A stretch of 64,000 bases of DNA from Pontiella sp. (GTDB taxonomy: Bacteria; Verrucomicrobiota; Kiritimatiellia; Kiritimatiellales; Pontiellaceae): the NCBI GenBank assembly GCA_050290185.1, contig JBNKHE010000005.1:1-64000 (forward strand), written 5' to 3'. The notes under the pieces are model-generated. The model saw nothing but the letters and a program-made list of their open reading frames with translations, ran no database searches and had not been told where the DNA came from. Below, piece by piece: positions 17,833 to 29,062 of this stretch; position 1 is the stretch's first letter, and every line of letters begins with the position of its first letter. The position numbers and the translations under genes are program-made.

Positions 17833-17868
17833 GGTATTCCTTGCCTGGGTAGATTCAAAACGCGCGCA

Positions 17869-20028
17869 CTATAGTTCATGCATAAACTGATATCGATAAA
17901 TTTCCTGCCACTTTGGTGGTGTGCGAAATCCCTCCTGCATGAGGTAGCGGTATCCGTTCACTTCCTCGACGACCTCCGGGAAGATTTCGTCGAACAGATA
18001 ACAGAACTCATAGTAGTTTGTTTCCGCCTCCTTGAAGTGGCCGTCCAGCTGCTGGGATAGTCCCAGGGAAATCATAGCGCCCGGGCTGTCGGGATATTCC
18101 CTGCGGACCTGCTTATACAGTTCGGCAGCATCGCCGACCCCCCCATTCATCATGAACATATTGGCCGCAAGCAAGCGGGCACGCGCCGCTTCATCCGGGT
18201 AGTTTTCGATGATCTCAGTGCAGACGTGCAGGGTCTGGTTGGCATTGCGGTCTGCGTATGCCGTGTTCATTTGGGTTTCAAGTGCTTCAAGCGGAGGGGG
18301 AGCCGCTCGCATTTCATAATATGTATGCACACAAAAGAGGACCAGCAGAGTGGCTGCAATCACCATGAGATCGGTGCGGTCTGCGCGAGCTTTGCGCAGT
18401 ATCCTGAAGACGCGGCCGCTGACCGCGCCGTTGGCGTGGTAGCGATATTTATGCATGGTCTGCACGTTCATAATGAATGCGGCAATGGCCGGATTGATCT
18501 GCAGGGCATTGTGCGATTCCAGCGAAACGGTATGCCATTCCACGAAGCCCTGTATGGTCAGACGTGCAAAATCGTTCAGAACGGATCCATGAGGGTCGGC
18601 GGTCTTCAACGCCTGAAAGACCAGGAACTGCTGCAGCAGGGGGAAGGAATTGTCATCGAGAGATGATTGGCTCCAGCTTAGTACGCTGGTCTGTCCCGGG
18701 AGTGATTCCGCTTCCCTCATATGTTCAAGGATGGATGCTTTCCGGGTCTGCGGGAGATCTTTCCAGAGCAAAGGCATCAGTTCCGGCAAGCCGCGAAGCG
18801 TGGTCATGGTGTCGCGGTGAACCGCATTGCAGAAAGACGTAGCGCTTTCGTTCCAGAACTGGTCGGAAATGCTGAGCTTCAGGTTGGTTTTTTCGTCTTC
18901 GAAGTAGGGGGCGTGGGACGCATGCTGGGGGGATTGTTCCTTTAAGCGATTGAGAGCTTCAATTTCGGTTAGCAGCAATACCGCCAGATCAACGGTCACC
19001 AGGTCGCTTTTGTATAATCCGGGAGCGACCGGTTCACTTTGATTTTTCCAACTGTATGTTCCCCGGCGTTTGGGGTCAAAGTGATGCAACAACCATTGAA
19101 GGTGGCGGCGGAGCAGCGGTAATATCGCGCTCAGGAAGTCGGGATCCTGGCGAACGGCCCACACCTTTTCTGCGGTTTTTGCGATTAATGGTTTGGGGGC
19201 CTCCAGGACCGAGTAGGTGGTGTGAGGGGCGAAATGAACCGGTAATGCACCGGCGCTGGTCTGGATTTTAAGGGCGCAAAGAATCAGCTCTTCCGCGGTT
19301 TCGGGCTGGATCAGACTCCACGCCAAGGCCAGCGGGGAGAGCTCATTGATTTCAAAGCGGGGTTTGTCGGTGACCGAAGATTGGCTCCAGATGTGGGGGA
19401 TTCTTCCTTCGGCAGGCCGCAGGGCTTTCATCATGGATTCAACGCTGATCGCGGCCAGCGAGTCGTGGTGAGCCATGTCCTCAAACAGCGCAACCGCGCC
19501 GGAACGCCGGTCCAGTTCCCGGTTCAAGGCGTCTTCCAGATCCTCTTCAAGGTAGTTTTCCGCTATCTGTATGGCGTCGGCGTAGATCGGTGCTTTGGTT
19601 ACCAGACAGAACGTATTTCCCCGCGTATAGAGCAAGGCGTTTAAGGTGTCGCTTTCAATCCATTGGTTGCAGTCGTTTTTTTCGATGGGTTGTTCGGAGG
19701 CGAGTACCGGTGCCGGGATGTTTAAAAAACGACCCCAAAGCACCCCCGGCTCCGGCACGATAACTTCTGCGCCACAACGGGTTTTCCGTTGTTCGAAATA
19801 GGCACAAAACCCATTGGAAAGCAGGTTGATACGACTATTCTGGGGGACCGGAATCTGCAATGCCCATTGCGGTTGTTCAGCATTGGGGACTACCTGTCCC
19901 ACCGTATGCCGGGAGCGGAAAAAATGATCGCTGCAGTTTTCGCGGAAGGAGGTGTTGCATCCAGCGGGTTCGAAGGTCCAGTCCTGGATCCACGGATGGT
20001 TAGGGTACGGTCGAAAAACAAAATTCAT
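17869..20028 (-). CDS. Glycoside-hydrolase-like (alpha/alpha)6 domain + TM helix + TPR-like C-terminus
   Basis: WLLHHFDP..G, VDLAVLL, FWNE motifs resembling MGH1/GH63; TM LMVIAATLLVLFCV; IIENYPD and VRREYPDS TPR-like repeats. Confidence 0.55.
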   Translation of the reverse strand: MNFVFRPYPNHPWIQDWTFEPAGCNTSFRENCSDHFFRSRHTVGQVVPNAEQPQWALQIPVPQNSRINLLSNGFCAYFEQRKTRCGAEVIVPEPGVLWGRFLNIPAPVLASEQPIEKNDCNQWIESDTLNALLYTRGNTFCLVTKAPIYADAIQIAENYLEEDLEDALNRELDRRSGAVALFEDMAHHDSLAAISVESMMKALRPAEGRIPHIWSQSSVTDKPRFEINELSPLALAWSLIQPETAEELILCALKIQTSAGALPVHFAPHTTYSVLEAPKPLIAKTAEKVWAVRQDPDFLSAILPLLRRHLQWLLHHFDPKRRGTYSWKNQSEPVAPGLYKSDLVTVDLAVLLLTEIEALNRLKEQSPQHASHAPYFEDEKTNLKLSISDQFWNESATSFCNAVHRDTMTTLRGLPELMPLLWKDLPQTRKASILEHMREAESLPGQTSVLSWSQSSLDDNSFPLLQQFLVFQALKTADPHGSVLNDFARLTIQGFVEWHTVSLESHNALQINPAIAAFIMNVQTMHKYRYHANGAVSGRVFRILRKARADRTDLMVIAATLLVLFCVHTYYEMRAAPPPLEALETQMNTAYADRNANQTLHVCTEIIENYPDEAARARLLAANMFMMNGGVGDAAELYKQVRREYPDSPGAMISLGLSQQLDGHFKEAETNYYEFCYLFDEIFPEVVEEVNGYRYLMQEGFRTPPKWQEIYRYQFMHEL

Positions 20029-20197
20029 TTAAAAATAGTGTTTATTCACCGTTCGTACTGCAAGCGAAATCCCTTATGGAACGCCGATTTGATTTTTTCC
20101 CAAACAAGCGTTGACGTGGAGGACGAAGTTGATATTAATTCAACGTTTTCACCGCTATAATGGGTGAATTGTGCACTTTGACCACTTAAGGAATCTT

Positions 20198-22180
20198 ATG
20201 GCTGTTTCAAAAAAGAAGGCAACTGCGAAGAAAACAGTAGCCAAAAAAACCTCTAAAACCTCGAAAAAAAGCACAACAGCGCAAAAGGAAAGCAAGGCTT
20301 CTGCAAAGAACACAGCCACGAAAAAAGCCGCGGACCCCGGAAAAAAAGCAAGCCCTGCGAAAAAAGCCCCGGCCAAAAAAGCCGTTTCCAAGAAGGCTCC
20401 TGCCAAGAAAAAAGCTGCATCAAAAGCTCCTGTTAAGAATAAGGAAACAAAGGCGGCGGAGAAGGCCAGCAAGGAAGCTCCAGTTCGACTCAGCTCGAAA
20501 ACCACCGTGGCCGAAGCCGTTGCCGCAGTTGATCAGGCCACCGCCGGCGGGGTGTCGCTGATGGACCGCGAGGAGCGCAATGATCGCATCAAAGAGCTGA
20601 TGGCGCTCGCATCGGATCATGGATTTCTTACTTTTGAGGATATTAACGAAGCCTTTCCCGAAGATTTGGTTGTTGTCGAGGATATCGACAAGATCGTAGG
20701 TCTGCTGCAAAGCATGGAAATCGATATTATCCGTCAGGACGATGTCGAGGAGTACCAGGCCCGTCTGGAAAAGGAACAGGCCGACAAACAAAGTGCACGC
20801 AGTGACGTTCTCGACGATCCGGTTCGCATGTATCTGAAGCAGATGGGCCAGGTACCGCTCCTGACCCGCGAGCAGGAAGTGGAAATTTCCATGCGCATCG
20901 AAGAGGCTGAAATCGCCACGACCAAAATGTTCAATCGCCTGGGATGCGCTACGGATGCGTACCTCGGTGTGATCGAACGTCTGGAGCAGGGTAAGGAGCG
21001 CTTTGACCGCATCATCTCCGATAAACACGTCGAATGCCGCGAAGATTACTTTAACGATCTGCCCAAAGTATTGAAGGGAATTGAGCGCAATAGCGAGCTC
21101 AAGCTTAAATACTACCTGGAAGCCTCGAAGACCAAAAAGGGGAGTGCCGAGGAAAAGAAAGTTCTGAAGCTTTTCGACAAGGCGCAGGACCGGCTTTCCG
21201 AATATTTCAAGGAATTGCATTTCAAGCAGAAAGCCATCGAGGACATTGTTCCCGAGGTCGATAAGCACTATCACCGCATGGAGCACTTCCTGGAGGAGGT
21301 AGAACGCCTCAAGCGGAGCCGGGCAAAAAGTGCCAATTCGGATCTGCGCAATGTCCGCAAGGAGATCAAGGAGCTGGAATCCTATCTGCAGATGGACCAG
21401 AAAGAGTTCGTGGCGCACTTTGCCGACCTGCGCGTCTGGCTGCGCAAGGGCTTGAAGGCCAAAACCGAGATGATCGAGGCCAACCTACGCCTGGTGATCA
21501 GCATCGCCAAAAAATACACGAATCGCGGCCTTTCGTTCCTCGACCTGATTCAGGAAGGCAACATGGGGCTGATGAAAGCGGTCGAAAAATTTGAATACCG
21601 CCGCGGCTACAAATTCAGCACCTATGCAACATGGTGGATCCGCCAGGCGATTACCCGCTCCATTGCCGACCAGGCTCGTACCATCCGCATTCCGGTGCAC
21701 ATGATCGAAACGATCAACAAACTGATGCGCATCCAGAAGCAGCTGCTTCAGGAGTTTGGCCGCGAAGCCACGCCGGAAGAACTGGCCGACGAAATGGAGC
21801 TGCCGGTCGAACGTGTCCGCGCCATCCTTAAAATCGCCCAGCAACCGATTTCATTGCAGAGTCCGATTGGTGACAGCGATGACACGCATTTCGGAGATTT
21901 CATTGAAGACAAGTCGGCCGAAAAACCGGATGAAATGACTGCCTTCAGCCTGCTGAAGGAAAAGATCGGTGATGTGCTCCAGACCTTGACCGAACGCGAA
22001 CAGGAAGTGCTGACCCTTCGGTTCGGATTGACGGACGGCTACCCCCGCACTCTGGAGGAGGTCGGACGCAAGTTTAACGTGACCCGCGAGCGTATCCGTC
22101 AGATCGAGGCCAAGGCCCTGAGAAAAATGCGTCATCCGACCCGTATCCGCAAACTCGAGGGCTTCCTTGACGGCGAATAG
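20198..22180 (+). CDS. rpoD: Primary sigma factor with Lys/Ala-rich N-terminal extension
   Basis: [48 protein letters not shown]...TRERIRQIE. Confidence 0.97.
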   Translation: MAVSKKKATAKKTVAKKTSKTSKKSTTAQKESKASAKNTATKKAADPGKKASPAKKAPAKKAVSKKAPAKKKAASKAPVKNKETKAAEKASKEAPVRLSSKTTVAEAVAAVDQATAGGVSLMDREERNDRIKELMALASDHGFLTFEDINEAFPEDLVVVEDIDKIVGLLQSMEIDIIRQDDVEEYQARLEKEQADKQSARSDVLDDPVRMYLKQMGQVPLLTREQEVEISMRIEEAEIATTKMFNRLGCATDAYLGVIERLEQGKERFDRIISDKHVECREDYFNDLPKVLKGIERNSELKLKYYLEASKTKKGSAEEKKVLKLFDKAQDRLSEYFKELHFKQKAIEDIVPEVDKHYHRMEHFLEEVERLKRSRAKSANSDLRNVRKEIKELESYLQMDQKEFVAHFADLRVWLRKGLKAKTEMIEANLRLVISIAKKYTNRGLSFLDLIQEGNMGLMKAVEKFEYRRGYKFSTYATWWIRQAITRSIADQARTIRIPVHMIETINKLMRIQKQLLQEFGREATPEELADEMELPVERVRAILKIAQQPISLQSPIGDSDDTHFGDFIEDKSAEKPDEMTAFSLLKEKIGDVLQTLTEREQEVLTLRFGLTDGYPRTLEEVGRKFNVTRERIRQIEAKALRKMRHPTRIRKLEGFLDGE

Positions 22181-22182
22181 CC

Positions 22183-23520
22183 ATGAGTAAGGGCATCAAG
22201 ACCATCATCAAGCGCGACGGCCAAATCGTACCTTACGACCGCAGCCGTATTACGAACGCCATCTTCAAAGCCGCCGCATCCACCGGCGGCTTTGGCTTTG
22301 AAGAAGCGGACCGCTTATCCAGATTGGTGGAACAGCGTACATCGGAAAGTTATGCTGAACAGATCCCGACGGTCGAAGATCTTCAGGATATCGTCGAAGC
22401 GGTTCTGATGCAGAACGGGCATTTGAAAACCGCCCGCGAATACATCATCTACCGCCAGAAGCGCACCGAGGTGCGCGAAGCCCGGCAAGGCGCCGTCGAG
22501 GCCACCGACAATATCCCCTACAAACTCATCTACGAAGTGCTCCGCTGGAACATGGAACACGGCTGTGAATCGATAGAGGGCATCAACCGGATCATCGAGT
22601 CCGGCGGCTACCCCGATCTGGTTGCGGCGTGCGAAGAACGTTATGCCAATGAATGCCGGGCCGCCGGGAAACGTATGCTCGATCAGGGTGACGATGTTCG
22701 GCTTGTTATTGTGGCCGGTCCTTCGTCTTCCGGAAAAACGACGACCACGATCAAGCTTGAGGAGCAATTGGGGGAACACGGTAAAAAACTCAAGGCCATC
22801 AATGTCGACAACTATTTCTTCGATCTCGAGATGCATCCCAAGGATGAGTTCGGTGACTACGACTATGAGACCCCGCAGGCGCTGGATATCGATCTGATCA
22901 ATGAGCATTTGGAACAGTTGCTGGCAGGAAGAGCGGTCAAGACCCCGCACTACGATTTCCATAGCGGGAAACGGACGCTGAATGTTCACGAGATGCATCT
23001 GGATGATGACGAAGTGCTGCTGATGGATTGCCTACACGGACTCTACTCGGATATGACCAAAAGTGTGCCCGACAATCACAAGTTCCGGTTATACATTGAA
23101 ACACTGGGGCAGTTGAGGAACGGGAATGACGAATTCATGCGCTGGGCCGATCACCGGATGATGCGTCGAATGATCCGCGATAGCTGGCACCGCAGCCACG
23201 ATCCCATGCTCACGATCACCCACTGGCATTATGTACGCAAGAGCGAGCTGCAATACATCATCCCTTTTATCGGCAACGTTGATTTCGTGGTCAACAGCGC
23301 CATGCCGTACGAATTTCCCGTCTTAAAGGATAAGCTCTTCCACTTTTTCCCCCATGCCATTGATATGTACCGCAATGACTTCAAACGTCAGGATGCGTAT
23401 TTGCGGGCTCAGCGGGTTATGCAGTTTCTGGAGCCGTTGTCTACGGATTTTGATGAATCGTGCATTCCCTCCAAATCCCTTTTCCGTGAATTCATTGGGG
23501 GCAGTGAATACGGATATTGA
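22183..23520 (+). CDS. ATP-cone + uridine-kinase-like protein
   Basis: IIKRDGQIVPYD..RI..AI ATP cone; GPSSSGKTT P-loop; VDNYF; RRMIRD. Confidence 0.85.
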   Translation: MSKGIKTIIKRDGQIVPYDRSRITNAIFKAAASTGGFGFEEADRLSRLVEQRTSESYAEQIPTVEDLQDIVEAVLMQNGHLKTAREYIIYRQKRTEVREARQGAVEATDNIPYKLIYEVLRWNMEHGCESIEGINRIIESGGYPDLVAACEERYANECRAAGKRMLDQGDDVRLVIVAGPSSSGKTTTTIKLEEQLGEHGKKLKAINVDNYFFDLEMHPKDEFGDYDYETPQALDIDLINEHLEQLLAGRAVKTPHYDFHSGKRTLNVHEMHLDDDEVLLMDCLHGLYSDMTKSVPDNHKFRLYIETLGQLRNGNDEFMRWADHRMMRRMIRDSWHRSHDPMLTITHWHYVRKSELQYIIPFIGNVDFVVNSAMPYEFPVLKDKLFHFFPHAIDMYRNDFKRQDAYLRAQRVMQFLEPLSTDFDESCIPSKSLFREFIGGSEYGY

Positions 23521-25244
23521 AAAAGTTAGAACAGCACAGTTTGTTGATCAGTCACATCCTAACCCTGATCGTGGTGTTGTTTACGGCATGGCCGATTCTG
23601 CAACGACCCCGGCTTGAAGACGACGACTACCGCTACCTCCACCTCATTCAGCAAGTGGAAGCGGGGAACGTGGGGGCGGTCAAGTCGATGACCATAGAAA
23701 ACCGCTGGGATCATCTATGGTTTCTGAACGAGGACGGCAAGATCCGCTTTTTCCGGCCGACGGTCGTCATGTCGTATGCGCTGGATCATAAAATCTGGAG
23801 CGATCAGATGGCCTTGGGTTTGACGATTTCCAATGTGTGCTTTCATTTGCTTTGCTGCTGGCTGGTCGGCTTCATCATTCACCGGTTGCTTGGTGCCGGG
23901 CTTCCGGCGATCGTCAGTTCACTGCTTTTTGCGGGACTGGCCACGCACGCGGAATGCATCTGGTATATTGCCGGCCGTACCGATACGCTGGCCGCGCTTG
24001 GTTTTCTGGGAGCGTTCGCCTTGCATGTCGCCAGCCGTCGCTGGAGGGCTCTGCCGCTATTTGTTTTCGGTTTTATGACGAAGGAGCTGGTACTTGTGGC
24101 GCCGGTTATTTTCCTGGCCTACGATGTTTGGATTGAAAAGCGCAGGATCAAAGGGAAACTTTTTGCGGCCTATGGCGGTGCGATTGTCTGCGTGCTTGTC
24201 CTAAAAGGGATCGCACTGGGCGGCGAAGGAAGCGATCTGGTCTATCCCTATCTGGTCAAACCGTTCAGCCATGAGTTTTTCGGTCACCTCTGGCTGGAGT
24301 TCCGAAGCTATACCGGAAACCTGCTTGCCGCAGAGCCGACGATGCCGTTTGCCGATGCCCGCATCGTATCGCTGGTTCATCGGCCGGTTTACCCGATCAT
24401 CGCTGTGCTGCTGTTTCTAGTGGCGGGCTGGTTCCTACGCAAAGACCGGCGTTTCTGGCTGTTTACACTGCTGGGCATACTGGCCTGGCTGCCGACGAGT
24501 TTCGTCTATCTGAGCGAACGCTATCTCTATCTACCGTCGGTGGCATATGCCGGCCTACTTGGCCTGATGATTACGGCATTTCCGAGGCGTTGGTATGTGC
24601 CGCTCAGTATGCTGTTGCTGGCTTACACCGCGTTCCATGCGTTTGAGTTGCGCAACCGGCACGAGGACGTGGCCCAAAAGCCCGGGTCGGTGCAGGAGAT
24701 GATGGAACAGCTGAAGCCGGTACGGGCGAAGATCGAAAATGCCAACCGGGTGATGCTGGTCAACTTTCCCGGGTATTTTGTGCGGGCGCAGTTTGCGCAG
24801 GATATTTTCCGGGTCGCTTTTGATCGCCCGGACCTGTCTGTGGATGTGCTGACCATGATGCCGGGGCAAAGCGGCACGATGTGGAAGCCGGGCGATGCCT
24901 GGCCCGTCATGGGCGCTGGAATCAGGGTGACTAGAACCGGGGAGCGGAAATTGCTGCTCACGGGTAGCGTGCTGGCCGAAGGTCAACCGCCGTTCACCAT
25001 TCAGGAACAGCCCGCTATAGCCTTTAACTGGGCTCCGTTAACAGCCGGAGAATGTTTTAAGACGCAGCGCCTTGAGGCGAGCATTGTCGGGAACGCACCG
25101 GCTGGAGCGACGGTAATATCGTTTCGATTTTCTCAAGCCCTGGAGGGTGGTGTTGTATTGGTTTGGTCTGCTGATTGCTCCGATTTGAACGGGCACCCGT
25201 GGATCCGGCGGCAGAAGGCAACCGTTTATGCGGAGCGTCTTTAA
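23517..25244 (+). CDS. Polytopic membrane protein, GT-C glycosyltransferase-like
   Basis: DDDY, FFRP, HAECIWYIAGRTD, TKE and SERYLYLPS motifs with multiple TM segments; TTG start overlaps upstream stop. Confidence 0.7.
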   Translation: MKKLEQHSLLISHILTLIVVLFTAWPILQRPRLEDDDYRYLHLIQQVEAGNVGAVKSMTIENRWDHLWFLNEDGKIRFFRPTVVMSYALDHKIWSDQMALGLTISNVCFHLLCCWLVGFIIHRLLGAGLPAIVSSLLFAGLATHAECIWYIAGRTDTLAALGFLGAFALHVASRRWRALPLFVFGFMTKELVLVAPVIFLAYDVWIEKRRIKGKLFAAYGGAIVCVLVLKGIALGGEGSDLVYPYLVKPFSHEFFGHLWLEFRSYTGNLLAAEPTMPFADARIVSLVHRPVYPIIAVLLFLVAGWFLRKDRRFWLFTLLGILAWLPTSFVYLSERYLYLPSVAYAGLLGLMITAFPRRWYVPLSMLLLAYTAFHAFELRNRHEDVAQKPGSVQEMMEQLKPVRAKIENANRVMLVNFPGYFVRAQFAQDIFRVAFDRPDLSVDVLTMMPGQSGTMWKPGDAWPVMGAGIRVTRTGERKLLLTGSVLAEGQPPFTIQEQPAIAFNWAPLTAGECFKTQRLEASIVGNAPAGATVISFRFSQALEGGVVLVWSADCSDLNGHPWIRRQKATVYAERL

Positions 25245-25645
25245 TCCAGGCTCAAGTCACCGTGAATGCGGAGGTGATTTCGTTCCCTCTCAACATGCAG
25301 ATCCTTTCCAGGAAAGGCTGATGGTAGTTTGTTGCTCAGCAATACCGCCACCTGATCCAGCAGCTTCTTTTTCAGGGTGCGCGGAACGCGGGCCAGGGTG
25401 GCCATGCGGATCTCGACGACGTAACCGGGCCCGAACCGGGATCCAAATCCTGCGGAATACGAAGCGCCGACATTAAACAACCCATCCGATTCAGGATTTG
25501 AGGTTTTCCCTTCCGCGGCACGGGACGGGTGCAGGGGAAACATATCGCCGTAATCGTGTTCCAACTCGGCGTCGATTTCATCAAAAACGGTTTTTAAGCG
25601 TTTTTCCCATTCGATGGCTTTTTGGTGACGCATGTTGCGACCCAA
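25241..25645 (-). CDS. Hypothetical protein
   Basis: 134-aa ORF with protein-like composition filling the gap between genes. Confidence 0.7.
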   Translation of the reverse strand: MGRNMRHQKAIEWEKRLKTVFDEIDAELEHDYGDMFPLHPSRAAEGKTSNPESDGLFNVGASYSAGFGSRFGPGYVVEIRMATLARVPRTLKKKLLDQVAVLLSNKLPSAFPGKDLHVERERNHLRIHGDLSLD

Positions 25646-25800
25646 GGAAGTATATCAGGCGGAGGAACTCAAGCAGGATGTTGCAGTTTATGAAAAAAGA
25701 CCGCTTCCATAGATTGAGCAATGGGTATAGGCAGATATTCCTGATCGGAAAATAAGTAATTTCCGTGCACGATTCTCACCTATTTTATGGGCGTCAATGT

Positions 25801-25828
25801 TTGACATGCGTCTGCATTTCCCTATCCT
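25801..25828 (+). promoter_or_regulatory. Candidate sigma70 promoter for pckG
   Basis: TTGACA-N16-TATCCT ending 55 bp upstream of the ATG. Confidence 0.5.
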
Positions 25829-25882
25829 TTCGCGAAATTTCGTAAGGATTGTGTCTAATAAACTAATGGAGGTTTAAGCATA

Positions 25883-27694
25883 ATGAGTGCTCCCACAAAC
25901 AACAAGAAGCTGCTGGATTGGGTAGCTGAAATCGAAACAATGTGCACTCCGGACCAGGTGGTTTGGTGTGACGGTTCTACCGAAGAATACGATCGTCTTA
26001 TGGCAGAAATGGTCGAAAGCGGAATGGCGATCAAGCTGAACGAAGAAAAACGTCCGAACAGCTATGCCTTTAACTCCGATCCGTCCGACGTGGCCCGTGT
26101 TGAAGCCCGCACCTACATTGCTTCCGTCAAGGAAGAGGATGCCGGCCCGACCAACAACTGGATCGATCCGGTCGAGCTGAAGAAGACCATGACCGGTCTG
26201 TTCACCGGCTGCATGAAGGGCCGTACAATGTACGTGATCCCGTTCTCCATGGGCCCGATCGGTTCCCCGATCGCCAAAATCGGCGTCGAAATCACCGACT
26301 CTCCTTACGTTGTAGTCAATATGCACATCATGGCCCGCGTATCCAACAAGGTACTCGAAGTACTCGGCGACGAAGGCGAATTCATTCCCTGCCTGCACTC
26401 CGTCGGAGCTCCGCTCGAAGAAGGTCAGGAAGACAGCCGCTGGCCCTGCGCTCCGATCGAAAAGAAATATATTGCCCACTTCCCGGAAGAAAACCTCATC
26501 TGGTCCTTCGGTTCCGGATACGGCGGCAACGCGTTGCTCGGCAAGAAGTGCCTGGCGCTGCGTATCGCTTCCAACATGGCTCGCCATGAAGGTTGGATGG
26601 CGGAACACATGCTCATCCTTCGCTTTACCAATCCGGAAGGCAAACAGTTCCACGTTGCTGCGGCATTCCCGTCCGCTTGCGGAAAAACCAACCTGGCCAT
26701 GCTGCAATCCACCGTTCCCGGCTGGAAGGTCGAAACCATCGGCGACGACATCGCCTGGATGAAGCCCGGTCCCGATGGTCGCCTGTATGCCATCAACCCG
26801 GAAGCCGGTTTCTTCGGTGTTGCCCCGGGCACAGCCGAATACTCCAACCCGATGGCTCTGGCCAGCTGCTCCAAGGATACCATCTTCACCAACGTGGTTG
26901 TCACCAACGACGGCGACGTCTGGTGGGAAGACATGGGTGTTGAGTGCGAAGGCGGAACCGACTGGAAGAACAACCCCTGGAAGCCGGGCATGGTTGATGC
27001 AGACGGTAACAAGATCAAGGGAGCACATCCGAACAGCCGCTTCACTGCACGTGCAGCCAACTGCCCGGTAATTTGTCCTGATTGGGAAAACCCCGCCGGT
27101 GTTCCGATCGATATCTTTGTATTCGGCGGACGTCGCGCAACCACCATGCCGCTCGTGCACGAAGCATTCGACTTCGAACAGGGTGTCTACATGGGTGCAA
27201 CCGCTTCCTCCGAGCCTACCGCTGCCGCGCTCGACGTTGCTGCAAAGCTTCGCTTCGACCCCTTCGCGATGACTCCGTTCATCGGCTACCATGCCGGCGA
27301 CTACATGCAGCATTGGTTCGACATGGGCGAAAAGCTCGGCGACAAGGCTCCCCGTTGCTTCTATGTCAACTGGTTCCGCAAGGACGACAACGGCAAGTGG
27401 CTCTGGCCCGGCTTTGGCGAAAACAGCCGCGTCCTCAAGTGGATGTGCGACCGTGTCGAAGGCAAGGTTGAAGCCCGCGAAACCCCGATTGGTCTTATGC
27501 CTATCGACGGCGACCTGACCCTCGACGGTCTGGATGTTCCGGCCGAAGATTGGGAAGAGCTGATGAAGGTTGATACCGACCTCTTCAAGGCGACCCTGGC
27601 TGATGCCAAGGAATATCTGGCCAAGCTCGGCGACAAGATGCCGGCCAAGATGACTGAACAGCTTGCCAAGCTCGAAGCTCGTCTGAATGCTTAG
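25883..27694 (+). CDS. pckG: Phosphoenolpyruvate carboxykinase (GTP)
   Basis: [55 protein letters not shown]. Confidence 0.97.
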   Translation: MSAPTNNKKLLDWVAEIETMCTPDQVVWCDGSTEEYDRLMAEMVESGMAIKLNEEKRPNSYAFNSDPSDVARVEARTYIASVKEEDAGPTNNWIDPVELKKTMTGLFTGCMKGRTMYVIPFSMGPIGSPIAKIGVEITDSPYVVVNMHIMARVSNKVLEVLGDEGEFIPCLHSVGAPLEEGQEDSRWPCAPIEKKYIAHFPEENLIWSFGSGYGGNALLGKKCLALRIASNMARHEGWMAEHMLILRFTNPEGKQFHVAAAFPSACGKTNLAMLQSTVPGWKVETIGDDIAWMKPGPDGRLYAINPEAGFFGVAPGTAEYSNPMALASCSKDTIFTNVVVTNDGDVWWEDMGVECEGGTDWKNNPWKPGMVDADGNKIKGAHPNSRFTARAANCPVICPDWENPAGVPIDIFVFGGRRATTMPLVHEAFDFEQGVYMGATASSEPTAAALDVAAKLRFDPFAMTPFIGYHAGDYMQHWFDMGEKLGDKAPRCFYVNWFRKDDNGKWLWPGFGENSRVLKWMCDRVEGKVEARETPIGLMPIDGDLTLDGLDVPAEDWEELMKVDTDLFKATLADAKEYLAKLGDKMPAKMTEQLAKLEARLNA

Positions 27695-27716
27695 TTCGAT
27701 TTAAGTATCGAATGAT

Positions 27717-27746
27717 AAAAGCGTCCCGTTCGCGGGGCGCTTTTTT
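27717..27746 (+). terminator. Intrinsic terminator after pckG
   Basis: AAAAGCGTCCCG-TTCG-CGGGGCGCTTTTTT. Confidence 0.85.
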
Positions 27747-27777
27747 GTATTCGAGAGTGGCTGTCCTCAGCGTCCGT

Positions 27778-27802
27778 GGACAACGAGGACGTTGTCCCTC
27801 CA
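27778..27802. repeat. REP-like palindrome
   Basis: GGACAACG-AGGA-CGTTGTCC-CTCCA between convergent genes. Confidence 0.6.
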
Positions 27803-27863
27803 TAATAATAAAAGGCGCCCTAAAACAGGACGCCCCTTTTAGTTGATAGCAAATACCAACAGC

Positions 27864-28898
27864 TTAGTTGATCAGGACCGACTTTCCGGAACCTGCCACG
27901 ACTTCGCCGACAATGATTGCGCGTTGCTTGCTGGCTTTAAGGATCTTCATCGTTTCCTCAACATCCTTTTTGGCGATCATCAGGACGTAGCCGATGCCCA
28001 TATTGAAGACCCGGTACATTTCCTCGTGGTCGACGTTGCCCTGCTCTTCGATAAATTCGTAGATAGCCGGTGTCTTCCAGGTTGAACGGTCGAACTGTGC
28101 ATCAACGTTGTCGGGCAGAACACGCGGTACATTGTCGTACAAACCACCCCCGGTAATATGAGCCATGCCATGGATATCGACCTTCTTCATTACCGCGCTA
28201 ACCGGATTCAGGTAGCTTTTGTGAATGGCCAACAGCGTCTTTTCAAAAGTCTGTTTGGTTCCGGGTACGAGATCGGAAAGTTTCTTTCCGGCCTTCTCGA
28301 AAATTACTTTGCGGGCGAGCGAATAGCCATTGGTCTGAAGACCGGTGGAAGGCAACCCGATCAGGACATCACCCTTCTTGATTTTCTTGCCGGTGATTAG
28401 CTTTTTGCGTTCCACGGTTCCAACTATGGTTCCCACGAGATCATATTCGCCGTTGGGGTAGAGACCCGGCATTTCGGCGGTTTCTCCGCCCAGTAGCGCG
28501 GCGCCGTTTTCCTTGCAGGCCTTGCAGAAGCCGGAGACGACCGCCTCGAACACCTTGGGGTCCAGCGCTGCTGCACCCAGGTAATCGAGGAAGAAGAGGG
28601 GGCGGGCTCCCTGCACCAGGATGTCGTTCACGCAATGGTTGACCAGATCCTGACCCACCGTGTTGTGCTTGTTGGCCATATTGGCGACCTTGAGCTTCGT
28701 GCCGACGCCGTCAACGCTGCTGACCAGCAGGCTTTCCTTGCCGGGCGACTTGAACAGGCCTCCGAACGAACCCAGTTCGCTCACGACGCCTGGGGTATTG
28801 GTCGCTTTGACCTTCTTGCCAATTCGCTTAAGCGAACCCATCATTACATCAATATCCACGCCGGCTTCGGCGTAGGCGGATTTTTTCTTCTTAGCCAT
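27864..28898 (-). CDS. purM: Phosphoribosylformylglycinamidine cyclo-ligase
   Basis: YAEAGVDID, DGVGTK, GGETAEMPG, AHITGGG, FNMGIG. Confidence 0.96.
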   Translation of the reverse strand: MAKKKKSAYAEAGVDIDVMMGSLKRIGKKVKATNTPGVVSELGSFGGLFKSPGKESLLVSSVDGVGTKLKVANMANKHNTVGQDLVNHCVNDILVQGARPLFFLDYLGAAALDPKVFEAVVSGFCKACKENGAALLGGETAEMPGLYPNGEYDLVGTIVGTVERKKLITGKKIKKGDVLIGLPSTGLQTNGYSLARKVIFEKAGKKLSDLVPGTKQTFEKTLLAIHKSYLNPVSAVMKKVDIHGMAHITGGGLYDNVPRVLPDNVDAQFDRSTWKTPAIYEFIEEQGNVDHEEMYRVFNMGIGYVLMIAKKDVEETMKILKASKQRAIIVGEVVAGSGKSVLIN

Positions 28899-29062
28899 AG
28901 GGTGCATCCTTTTTTTGAAATCAATGAGCGCGATTAAACTAGGGTCGACTGGTTGAAACAAGCCTGTTGCTGGAAATATTCCAGAATTTATCCTTCGCAG
29001 AGGCGCGGAGTCTCATCGTTTTTTCATTCCTTGCTCTGCTGTCTCTGCGAGGAAAAGAAACA

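Noticed and set aside
25874..27313. 479-aa antisense ORF over pckG (and similar ones over rpoD, ntpA/B, nqrF, tkt)
   Set aside because: Mirror frames typical of highly expressed GC-rich genes
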